In this document: piece by piece, positions 8,060-16,812 of the stretch
Layout of the letters: each line of letters starts with the position of its first letter
Position numbering within the stretch: the stretch's first letter is position 1
From: a virus
Taxonomy: Duplodnaviria; Caudoviricetes
IMG/VR virus record: IMGVR_UViG_3300027294_000190
Location: 1-24,795 of that record
Strand: one strand, 5' to 3'
Length of the DNA stretch: 24,795 nucleotides
The notes under the pieces: model-generated
What the model saw: the letters and a program-made list of their open reading frames with translations, nothing else
What the model was told of the DNA's origin: nothing
Databases searched by the model: none
Position numbers and translations under genes: made by a program

Positions 8060-11000
8060 TTATCTCCCAAACTTAAAAATTCCTAAAATTTGATTTAAGG
8101 GAGCAAATGTTCCTGTTAATTTATATGTGTTACCTTTATAGAAAAATACTAATCCTTCATTCGGAACTAATTTTTCAAATCCACCAATAGCATTTAATCT
8201 TTGTAATTCTTTTTCTAATCTTTTTATTTGAGCTTCACTACCACCATTTCGAATATCTGATATAGATGATTCTAATGATGCTTTAATTGATTGTAATGCT
8301 TTATCAGGTTGAGCAGTTAATACTGAACTCATAAATGATAATACTTCAGCTCCAACGCCTAAAAAGATATCTTCGAATTTACGAATATTACCTTTCATTA
8401 TTTTATCCTTAGCATCTTTATCTACTCCATCTGCCCATTTTTTAGCATCTTCATCGGTGATTGATTTAATACCAAATGCTTTATCATCAAATGCCCATCT
8501 TCTTGCTAACCCTTCTTTTTCTAATTTTGTTAAATTCTTTTTAGAATTATTAATTAATTTCATCCACCAAGAATAGTGATATTCAGCTATACCAGCCGTA
8601 TCTGATAAATTAAATTCAGATTGTAATTTGGATAACATTCCGTTGAATTTACCTTTTTGAGAACTTAACTTCTCATCGGTTGGAAGTTTTGTAATTGGAG
8701 GGCCTTGTAATGTATATTGAGATTGTACGTGTGCATTAGTTTGTTTAATCATAGATGCTAATTTACTTTCTGCACCCTTTACACTACCAACTGCATTTCC
8801 CTTTTCATCAAATTCAACTACATTATGAAATACTAATAAAGATTGTCCATAAGGAATTACATTTGCATTTTGTGGATAGATTACTTCTAAGTTACAAAAT
8901 GCTGAACCATCTTTGAATATACTCTGTCTTTCTTTTTCCCCTAATCCACTAATTGCTGCTGATAAATCTCTCATTGCAAAATTGTATGCATCACTCAATG
9001 CGCCTCTTCCTCCAAATTTAGATGCTAACGCACTCATATCTAAAGCGTTTGCTCCACCATTTGCTAAATGTGATTTGTTACGAGCTGCAATTAATCTACC
9101 ATTCTTCCAACTGATTGCTAATGCCTGTCCATCGGTTTTTTCTCTAACCACTCCCAACTTACCATCTAATGCATTATTAATAATTTTTTTTAAATCACCA
9201 AATGTAAGATTCATTGAAATATCAAACGGATGATTCATATGTCCATATGCACCACCTTCGGTTAAAAGAGATTCGTAAATATTTCCGTTAAGTTTACCAA
9301 AATCTCTTAAAAGAATTCCGGCAGCTGCATTTGCTTCGTTTTCAATATCAGAGCCGGTTGCTCCATCTTCAGGTCCACCAATATATCCATCTTGTCTTTG
9401 TTTAAGATGAACTAATTCATGTGCTAATGTTCTTAGAATATCAGGGGTACTTCTATTAGTAACATATATAAATATATCGTTATTAACCGGGTCAAACCCA
9501 CCAAATGATTTAAATGTTGTAGCAAATTCACCATCTTTTACCAATTTAATATTAAATGGTATGCTGATTAATCGTAATCTATCTTTTGCAAATTTTATAA
9601 ATTCGCCTATAATTCTTCCTTTACTTTTTTTTTGCTCTGGAGCTGGAACTTCTTCTTTTAGTAATCCCAATTGAACAGAAGCATCAGTTATATCTCTATA
9701 TCCAAAATTTCGTAATTCTCTTTCTACTTCTCTCTTATTAGCATTTGGATTTGCACAAACTGCTGCTCCAATTTTCTTTCTACCATATGAACTGGCTTTA
9801 TCCCACATTAGCATAATTGCTTTATAATGCCAATCACCAACTCCAACTTCATCTACTTCTTTATCTTGTTTGAAAACATTTTGACCTTTATCTCCCAATC
9901 TAAATGTTGTTGCCTTTTTACCATTTATTGTTGGCATTCCGTGGTCATCTTTTCCGAAATCTTTAACAACAACTTTTTTGTTCTTAAATTTTCCCATTAA
10001 GACGGTATCACCCTTATCAACATCTATATTAATATCTTCCTTAACTAAATCTCCAAAGTTTTTACCTTGCTTATATGATTTAACGGATTCTAATAATTGT
10101 TTATCATTCATTTCGAAAGTTTCCATCTTCTCCGCCATTTTACTAACAAAGTTTTGCATAAATCTTTCGTTATTCATTTCTTCTTCAGTAATTAGGGAAC
10201 GAATTTCTAATAATCCCATAGTTACTCCGGCTAATCCTGCTCCACCAATTGCGGCTTGTGTACCACCTAATCCTAATGATTCTAATGCAACGTGTTTAAT
10301 AGCATCTTTACCTAAGTGTGCGGCAAAACCACCTGCTCCGTGAGTAAATGCACCTACTGCACCCTTTCCAACGGCGGCGGCTGCACCACCTAAACTAGCG
10401 CCTCCTGCTAATGCTTGTGCACCATATGCTAATCCGCCGCCCAATGCAACACTACCAACTAAAAGAGCCACATCTTTAGCAAAAGACTTCATATGATGTA
10501 TTTGCTTTTTACGTGTTTCATCGGAGTATTCCCATTTGCCAGTTTCTTTATTCTTAGTTGAACCAACCTTCTCTCCACTTGCTAATGCTTTAACACCATC
10601 GTATGTACCACTAATCATTTCTGCTTTGTGTTTCAACACATGCCCAATGGCTTTAACAACTTTAGTATCTGCAACTTTCTTTATACCTTCTTTTAAAGAA
10701 TTCATAAACTTTGAACCTTGCTTATGTTCTCCGTTTTTAATGAACTCTTGCTCATTTTTATTTAAACTCTTAACTTCATTATCTAATGCAGTTTTTAATT
10801 CTTCAGCATTTCTTTCTTTCGAAACTCTATCTTCTGCTGATGATTTTAATTCTGCTCCTTTTAATTTTTGAGGATTTGGTGCTTCTGGTGATTCTGCATC
10901 TCCACCCTTTACTTTATCAGCTTTACCTTGTGCCGTTTGGTCTTTCTTAACAGGCTGACCAGGTTCAGCAGGTTTTGCTGCTTGAGTTGCTGCTTTACCT

Positions 11001-11887
11001 TTTGGTTCATTCGCAGGTGCATCATCTGGCCCAACTAATTTATTTGCTTGAATATGTGCTTCGTGGTCTTTTGGTAATCGTAATGCTCCCCTAACAGTAA
11101 TCTTTTTCTTTTTACCATCAGCTGCCGTATAATCGATTTCCTTATCCATAATAGGATTTGGCTCTTCTTCTAAGAAGTAATCATCTATAAAACTATCAGC
11201 TTCAAATACTAATTTTGCAATTTGTTCAGCTATTGGGTCATATACATAAGAATCATCGGTAGTTGCTACTGAACGAATATCATCGTTTTTCTTTTGTATT
11301 TTCTTAACATCTTCTTTAGATGGATATCCTTTTGCAAGTTCCTCTTTAATCAGTTTGTTAGTTATCATTTTAAAAATTTCTTTATCGAATTTTGGATATG
11401 CTTTTAAGAATAATTTTTCAGCATCATCCGAACTTAACCACTTTCTTACATCAGTTCCACTAATTGGATTTGATTCAGATGGTATAATATAAGTATAACC
11501 AATCTCTTCATAACCATATCCAGTCTTACCTTTATATGGTTTAAAGTATTTTCCTGCTAATCTACTAGCATCTTTATCACCAACAGCTGCAATATATGCT
11601 GTTGTTTTACCATCGAATTTTGAAAGTATTTCTTTTGGTGCATATGGGTTTGATACTTGTACTATTTTGCTTGGAGCGATTCCAAACATTTTACCCATTA
11701 TTACAACCTTTTCTTTAAAGTTAAATGGAGATTTACCGCCATCACTTTTATCCGATGTACCAATATAAACATTACTGGCGCCAAACTTTGACACCAATTT
11801 TTCATATGCAGCGTAATGTCCTTTGTGAAAAGGTTGAAAACGGCCTGAATATATTACTATCGTCTTTTTAATTATTGGTTTATCCAC
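8060..11887 (-). CDS. 1275-aa multidomain protein: HxGH (NadM/cytidylyltransferase-like) nucleotidyltransferase + Gly/Ala-rich hydrophobic region + KOW/SH3-like module + HExxH zincin + ligase-fold nucleotidyltransferase
   Basis: GTG start. GRFQPFHKGH, SPFNFKEK, ISGTDVR (approx. 11340-11887); Gly/Ala-rich stretch (approx. 10210-10470); KGDTVLMGKFKNKKVVVK; RTLAHELVH...ENEANAAAG (approx. 9260-9650); EKTDGQ, NLEVI, EGLVF, YKLTG (8063-9256). Confidence 0.85.
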   Translation of the reverse strand: MDKPIIKKTIVIYSGRFQPFHKGHYAAYEKLVSKFGASNVYIGTSDKSDGGKSPFNFKEKVVIMGKMFGIAPSKIVQVSNPYAPKEILSKFDGKTTAYIAAVGDKDASRLAGKYFKPYKGKTGYGYEEIGYTYIIPSESNPISGTDVRKWLSSDDAEKLFLKAYPKFDKEIFKMITNKLIKEELAKGYPSKEDVKKIQKKNDDIRSVATTDDSYVYDPIAEQIAKLVFEADSFIDDYFLEEEPNPIMDKEIDYTAADGKKKKITVRGALRLPKDHEAHIQANKLVGPDDAPANEPKGKAATQAAKPAEPGQPVKKDQTAQGKADKVKGGDAESPEAPNPQKLKGAELKSSAEDRVSKERNAEELKTALDNEVKSLNKNEQEFIKNGEHKQGSKFMNSLKEGIKKVADTKVVKAIGHVLKHKAEMISGTYDGVKALASGEKVGSTKNKETGKWEYSDETRKKQIHHMKSFAKDVALLVGSVALGGGLAYGAQALAGGASLGGAAAAVGKGAVGAFTHGAGGFAAHLGKDAIKHVALESLGLGGTQAAIGGAGLAGVTMGLLEIRSLITEEEMNNERFMQNFVSKMAEKMETFEMNDKQLLESVKSYKQGKNFGDLVKEDINIDVDKGDTVLMGKFKNKKVVVKDFGKDDHGMPTINGKKATTFRLGDKGQNVFKQDKEVDEVGVGDWHYKAIMLMWDKASSYGRKKIGAAVCANPNANKREVERELRNFGYRDITDASVQLGLLKEEVPAPEQKKSKGRIIGEFIKFAKDRLRLISIPFNIKLVKDGEFATTFKSFGGFDPVNNDIFIYVTNRSTPDILRTLAHELVHLKQRQDGYIGGPEDGATGSDIENEANAAAGILLRDFGKLNGNIYESLLTEGGAYGHMNHPFDISMNLTFGDLKKIINNALDGKLGVVREKTDGQALAISWKNGRLIAARNKSHLANGGANALDMSALASKFGGRGALSDAYNFAMRDLSAAISGLGEKERQSIFKDGSAFCNLEVIYPQNANVIPYGQSLLVFHNVVEFDEKGNAVGSVKGAESKLASMIKQTNAHVQSQYTLQGPPITKLPTDEKLSSQKGKFNGMLSKLQSEFNLSDTAGIAEYHYSWWMKLINNSKKNLTKLEKEGLARRWAFDDKAFGIKSITDEDAKKWADGVDKDAKDKIMKGNIRKFEDIFLGVGAEVLSFMSSVLTAQPDKALQSIKASLESSISDIRNGGSEAQIKRLEKELQRLNAIGGFEKLVPNEGLVFFYKGNTYKLTGTFAPLNQILGIFKFGR

Positions 11888-11901
11888 TATCCTATTTTTG
11901 T

Positions 11902-11911
11902 ATATAAATAT
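11902..11911 (-). promoter_or_regulatory. ATATTTATAT motif, candidate late promoter
   Basis: Exact 10-mer about 15 nt upstream of the GTG at 11887. Confidence 0.55.
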
Positions 11912-11925
11912 CTTTTTTGAAAAGA

Positions 11926-12054
11926 TTAGAAATGTTTATAAACAAATGGGTCTCTTTTTTTAAGCTCTTCTAATTTCTTTTTAAATCGCTTCTTTCTTTC
12001 ACGCTCTTCCCATAGTTTTACAAAGAAAGAAATAATTGGCCAATTTTTTATCAT
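11926..12054 (-). CDS. Small basic protein, 42 aa: MIKNWPIISFFVKLWEERERKKRFKKKLEELKKRDPFVYKHF
   Basis: Below the ORF-track cutoff; ATG 12054-12052, TAA 11928-11926; fills most of the gap; amphipathic N-terminus, basic helix and RDPFVY tail. Confidence 0.7.
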   Translation of the reverse strand: MIKNWPIISFFVKLWEERERKKRFKKKLEELKKRDPFVYKHF

Positions 12055-12120
12055 ATTCGTGTATTTTATAGTTTATATTTTGTGTGGTATTATATATATA
12101 AGTATATAAACATTAACAAT

Positions 12121-13098
12121 ATGGTTACTTTCGAAAAAGTATTAATTACGGGTGGTGCAGGCTATTTGGGGTCTGTAATTGTGGATAAACTACTCAAAGC
12201 TGGATATGGAGTTATTGTATTGGATAAATTATTATTCAATCAAACATCTTTACTCCAATACACTTCCAATCCAAATTTCAAATTTATTTACGGAGATGTT
12301 CGTAATGAGGAATTATTAGAAAAACTTTGTAAAGAGGCTGATATAATTATTCCATTGGCAGCAATCGTAGGATTTCCAGCTTGCGCAGCAGACCCTCAAC
12401 TGGCAAAAGAAATCAACTTTAATCAAATTTTTAATATTGTAAAATTTGCTAAAGATAAAAAAATATTATATCCAAATACAAATAGTGGATATGGTATTGG
12501 GGTTGGTCAGACTGAATGTACTGAAGAATCTCCATTAAATCCAATATCGGTTTATGGTTCAACTAAATGTGAAGCTGAAAACTTTCTTAGAGCAAATACA
12601 TCAGCAATTACTTTTAGATTGGCAACCGTGTTTGGAGTATCACCTCGTATGAGAACAGATTTATTGGTAAATGATTTTACTTATAAAGCAATTACGGATA
12701 AATACATAGTAATATTTGAAAAGAATTTTAAAAGAAATTTTATTCACGTTGAAGATGTTGCATCAGCATTTCTTTTTATGTTAGAAAATTATGAAACATA
12801 TAAAGGTGAAATTTTCAATGTAGGATTAAGTTCTGCAAATCTTTCAAAGCAAGAATTGTTAGAAAAGATACAATCTCATGTAAAGGATTTTGCGGTATCA
12901 TACAACGACTTTTATGAGGATCCTGATAAAAGAGATTACATCGTATCAAACACTAAAATAGAAGCAACGGGTTGGAAACCAGAGTGGGACTTGGATATGG
13001 GTATTAAACAATTAATTATGGCATATCAGATGATAGTTCCAAAAATGGGAGCAGAATTTAGAAACGGATTTCCTTTAGGTTACGCAAATCAAACATAA
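12121..13098 (+). CDS. NAD-dependent NDP-sugar epimerase/dehydratase (extended SDR)
   Basis: TGGAGYLG Rossmann motif, catalytic YGSTK, FRLATVFG. Start moved to ATG 12121 because the upstream GTG extension (from 12082) is low-complexity AT sequence. Confidence 0.9.
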   Translation: MVTFEKVLITGGAGYLGSVIVDKLLKAGYGVIVLDKLLFNQTSLLQYTSNPNFKFIYGDVRNEELLEKLCKEADIIIPLAAIVGFPACAADPQLAKEINFNQIFNIVKFAKDKKILYPNTNSGYGIGVGQTECTEESPLNPISVYGSTKCEAENFLRANTSAITFRLATVFGVSPRMRTDLLVNDFTYKAITDKYIVIFEKNFKRNFIHVEDVASAFLFMLENYETYKGEIFNVGLSSANLSKQELLEKIQSHVKDFAVSYNDFYEDPDKRDYIVSNTKIEATGWKPEWDLDMGIKQLIMAYQMIVPKMGAEFRNGFPLGYANQT

Positions 13099-13099
13099 T

Positions 13100-13636
13100 A
13101 TGAGCAATAAATGGGATGAGTTTAAAATAACTCCATCAAAAAAATTCGGATTAGAAGTGCCAACATATACTCCATCAATTTACAGAGAGTATAGGGGTGA
13201 AATATTTACAACTTTTCATTCAGGAGAACATCCTGTTATGGCTAAGATTGGTGAAGGAAATGAGGTGCATGGTAGATTCTCAAAATCATACAAAGGTGTA
13301 TTGAGAGGATTACATTATGATAATAAGACTTGGAAATTAGTTCAAGCAGCAGTTGGTGATATTTACCTAGTTGTGTTAGATATGAGGAAAGAATCTCCTA
13401 CATTTGGCGATTGGGAATCATTTATGATAACTGAAAAAGATAGAAATCAAGTATTAGTTCCACCAGGTTTTGCAAATGGACACTACGCATTAACCGATTG
13501 TATGTTTCATTATAACTTATTTTACAAAGATGGATATGTGGATGCAGATGAGCAAGGTGTAGTTAAATGGAATGATGAAGAATACCAAATGGAATGGCCA
13601 ACAAATAACCCAATTTTACAAAAAAGAGATAGATAA
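13100..13636 (+). CDS. rmlC: dTDP-4-dehydrorhamnose 3,5-epimerase family cupin
   Basis: YRGEIFTTF, SKSYKGVLRGLHY, KLVQAAVGDIYLVVLDMRKESPTFGDW, LVPPGFANGH, VKWND. Confidence 0.9.
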   Translation: MSNKWDEFKITPSKKFGLEVPTYTPSIYREYRGEIFTTFHSGEHPVMAKIGEGNEVHGRFSKSYKGVLRGLHYDNKTWKLVQAAVGDIYLVVLDMRKESPTFGDWESFMITEKDRNQVLVPPGFANGHYALTDCMFHYNLFYKDGYVDADEQGVVKWNDEEYQMEWPTNNPILQKRDR

Positions 13637-14268
13637 TGATGCAAAATTTAGAACAGTACCCAATAGTTAGAGAAGCTAAATATACTTCAGATGAGTTAAT
13701 AGCATTTGAAGATAATATAGTAGAACATTGGGAAAAGGGAGGAATACAAGGACCTGTACACCTATGTAATGGAAATGAAGAACAATTATTAGAAATATCA
13801 AAAAGGATGAATGATTCCGATTGGGTATTTTCAACTTGGCGTTCTCACTATCATGCGTTAATTAAAGGAGTTTCTCCAATTTGGTTGAAGCAGGAAATAT
13901 TAGAAGGTCGTTCGATAACCATAGTAAGTGAAAAAGATAAATTCTATGCATCTGCAATAGTTTCATCAATAATTCCAATAGCTGTTGGAGCTGCTATGGG
14001 TATAAAGAGTAATGGTGGAACTGAAAAAGTTTGGTGTTTTGTTGGCGATATGGCATTTGAAACAGGACAATTTTATGAAATGCATAAATACGCAACCAAT
14101 TTAAACTTGCCTATTGTATTTATCGTTGAAGATAATGGAGTATCAACAAACACCCCAACAATTGAAACTTGGGGTGGTGTTAAAAGAGATATCCCAACAA
14201 ATGTCATTTGGTATAATTATAAAAATAAATGGCCGCATTACGGAACTGGTAAATGGATAACTTTTTAA
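13636..14268 (+). CDS. ThDP-dependent dehydrogenase E1 alpha-like subunit (short)
   Basis: GPVHLCNGNE, STWRSHYHAL, ThDP-binding GDMAFETG...EDNGVS; only 210 aa. Confidence 0.88.
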   Translation: MMQNLEQYPIVREAKYTSDELIAFEDNIVEHWEKGGIQGPVHLCNGNEEQLLEISKRMNDSDWVFSTWRSHYHALIKGVSPIWLKQEILEGRSITIVSEKDKFYASAIVSSIIPIAVGAAMGIKSNGGTEKVWCFVGDMAFETGQFYEMHKYATNLNLPIVFIVEDNGVSTNTPTIETWGGVKRDIPTNVIWYNYKNKWPHYGTGKWITF

Positions 14269-16811
14269 ATTTTGTTTATGATGATTGGGATGAAGTAAAT
14301 GATTTACCTCGTCCTAATAAATTAAGTGATTATACTCATCAAGATGATAATGAGAATACGTGGGTGCTATCCACCCAACCAATGGGGGTATTTGTACTAA
14401 CTAAGATTAGAAATTGGAAACTATCAGATGTTCCAAATAATCCGAATGAAATGTTTTATTATCATATATGGAATAGAAATGGTTGGAATAATCGTTTTTT
14501 TGCCAACGATATATTACCGGTGAATAAGGAAGTAATTCGAATGATTAAAACCAATAATAATTTACATTTAATTATAATGAATGAATGTGAGTTTGAAACA
14601 AAACAATCTTTAGAAAGACTTGATAAGATAGTAAAACTACATAAAATAAATCCTAAAAAAGTTTGGTTTATTCATAATGGTGAAAAATTATTGGAACATA
14701 AGCAAGAATTAAACGCAAGTATAAATGTTCATACATGCCGTTCAATGTCTACCTCGGTTCAGGGCATGCATCCTCCCGTAAAATATAGAACATTAAAAAC
14801 TCCAAATCAGTTTTTTTTGTGTCATAATAGAAGTCCAAGAATTCATCGGTATGGATTATTATGTTTATTAAAAAAATATAATATTTTAGACAATACAAAT
14901 TGGTCGTTAATAAACGGATGGTCTTTTGATAAAGAAGCTAAATCACAATTTACTTCTATTTTGAACTCCGAAGATATATTAAATTTATCAGATGAAATTG
15001 AATATTTTACTTCAATTGATATTAAAAAAAGTAATTATGAAACTCAATACGAAGGATTGGATGATAGAGAAGTCCAAAGAATACCAAATGAACCTAATAG
15101 TTATGAAAATTCATATTTAAATATTACAACTGAAACTAATTTTGTAGGAGAAGATATTCATATTACTGAAAAATCATTTAAAGCATTTTTCTATTTTCAA
15201 TATCCAATGATTTTAGCTTCATATCATCATTTAGAATATTTTAGAAAAGCATATCCTGAATTAGATTTCTTTGATGATATTATAAATCATAGTTATGATA
15301 ATATAGAAGATAATAGAGATAGATTAATCGCATTTGTTGAAGAAGTTAAACGTATAAACGATAACAAAGAATTTTTTATAGATTTCTATAAAACAAATAA
15401 AGAAAGATTTCAAAAAAATCACGACATATTAAAGGGATGGGGTAATAATTATGATTATGAGTTTTTTAAAAAATTAAGTGAAGTAAAGCCAGAAATAGAT
15501 GATGTAGATTTACACTTAGTTTATGATAATTGGAACGAAACATTGCAAGAGCCATATGATATGAATTGTAAAGAAATTTACACAGATTCATTTCTTATGA
15601 ATTTGGAATCATTTGTTAGGTCTTTGGGATTTCCAGAAGAAAGAATTAAACGATATCCAATTAATGATGTTGCAAAATTTCCGAATAGAAAGTTTTATTA
15701 TTTCGTAACACTTACACCAAATCAAATAGGTAATAAAATAAGAGATAGAGTCTTACCATTTCCACAAGAGATTATAGATTGTTGGAGAGAAAATCCAAAC
15801 TTTAATGTTGTTTTAGCAAATGAACAAGAATTTGAAAGTTTTAATACTTTTAAGTTTGTTCATTTTTGGACTAAATTTAATAATTTAAATCAAAGTCAAA
15901 TTTGGATGGTAAATAATAATATTAAATTAGAAGATTATAAAGCGAAATTAAATAGTGAAATGAATGTATATGCTACATCAAAAGTTAGAACTCATATAGG
16001 GTTAGCTATGATGGAAGCAATGCCAGATTTAAAATATACGACAGAAAAAGAAGGTAAATTCTTCTTATGCCACAATAGACGTATTAGGCCTCATAGATAT
16101 GCTCTATTAGTTTTGTTAAAACAAAATGGTCTTTTAGATAATACAGATTGGTCATTAGCAAATGGGTGGGATGCTAAACAAAAATATGCAAGTCATCCAA
16201 TAGGATTATATCAATCATGTCTCTCCGATGAAGATATGGAAAAAATGATAGATGATATGATGTATTTTATTAACATAGACCAAAAGAAAAGTTTTTATGA
16301 AGAAGATAAAAATTGGTTTAGAGAGGATAATATAGATTATGTAGATTGGGGAAGAACGTATGAGTATTTGAGTTATAAAAATTCATATGTAAATATTACA
16401 ACTGAAACCGAATTTGATACTAATGAAATACACGTTACTGAAAAATCATTTAAGCCATTCGTTACATTTCAATTTCCACTAATACTGGCATCTCCAACCC
16501 ACATTTATGAAATAAAAAAACGTTATGATTTTGATTGGTTTGATGATGTTATAGACCATAGTTATGATAGTATATTAGACCACAAAGAACGATTACGTGC
16601 GTTTGTTAAAGAAATTAAACGTATAAATGATAACAAAGAATTTTTTATTGATTTTTATAAAAATAATAAAGAAAGATTTCAAAAAAATCACAATATAGCA
16701 CGTGCGTTAACATATGATACAAGTGATAGAGATTTCTTAAAAAAATTGACTGGATTATATGAATACGAATTTAAAACAGGAGTACGAAAAGATAAATCAA
16801 AATTAATATAG
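14253..16811 (+). CDS. Tandem-duplicated glycosyltransferase-like protein (two GT10/GT-B-like units)
   Basis: Two ~420-aa homologous halves, each with FFLCHNR..R.HRY, NSY.NITTET.F, H(I/V)TEKSFK, FDD.I.HSYD. The TEK motif resembles the GT10 fucosyltransferase motif. Confidence 0.7.
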   Translation: MDNFLNFVYDDWDEVNDLPRPNKLSDYTHQDDNENTWVLSTQPMGVFVLTKIRNWKLSDVPNNPNEMFYYHIWNRNGWNNRFFANDILPVNKEVIRMIKTNNNLHLIIMNECEFETKQSLERLDKIVKLHKINPKKVWFIHNGEKLLEHKQELNASINVHTCRSMSTSVQGMHPPVKYRTLKTPNQFFLCHNRSPRIHRYGLLCLLKKYNILDNTNWSLINGWSFDKEAKSQFTSILNSEDILNLSDEIEYFTSIDIKKSNYETQYEGLDDREVQRIPNEPNSYENSYLNITTETNFVGEDIHITEKSFKAFFYFQYPMILASYHHLEYFRKAYPELDFFDDIINHSYDNIEDNRDRLIAFVEEVKRINDNKEFFIDFYKTNKERFQKNHDILKGWGNNYDYEFFKKLSEVKPEIDDVDLHLVYDNWNETLQEPYDMNCKEIYTDSFLMNLESFVRSLGFPEERIKRYPINDVAKFPNRKFYYFVTLTPNQIGNKIRDRVLPFPQEIIDCWRENPNFNVVLANEQEFESFNTFKFVHFWTKFNNLNQSQIWMVNNNIKLEDYKAKLNSEMNVYATSKVRTHIGLAMMEAMPDLKYTTEKEGKFFLCHNRRIRPHRYALLVLLKQNGLLDNTDWSLANGWDAKQKYASHPIGLYQSCLSDEDMEKMIDDMMYFINIDQKKSFYEEDKNWFREDNIDYVDWGRTYEYLSYKNSYVNITTETEFDTNEIHVTEKSFKPFVTFQFPLILASPTHIYEIKKRYDFDWFDDVIDHSYDSILDHKERLRAFVKEIKRINDNKEFFIDFYKNNKERFQKNHNIARALTYDTSDRDFLKKLTGLYEYEFKTGVRKDKSKLI
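15346..15422 (+). repeat. 77-nt direct repeat, copy 1
   Basis: Matches 16615-16691 with 5 mismatches by manual alignment; encodes KRINDNKEFFIDFYKxNKERFQKNH. Confidence 0.85.
16615..16691 (+). repeat. 77-nt direct repeat, copy 2
   Basis: Matches 15346-15422 with 5 mismatches. Confidence 0.85.
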
Positions 16812-16812
16812 T

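Noticed and set aside
313-10871. Short plus-strand ORFs in the track (e.g. 313-591, 1739-1924, 5583-5921, 8913-9233, 9978-10343, 10536-10871)
   Set aside because: Antisense shadows of long, motif-bearing minus-strand genes, with no recognisable motifs.
12082-12120. GTG-initiated N-terminal extension of the first SDR
   Set aside because: Translates AT-repeat sequence (WYYIYKYININN); ATG 12121 places the Rossmann motif at the normal position.
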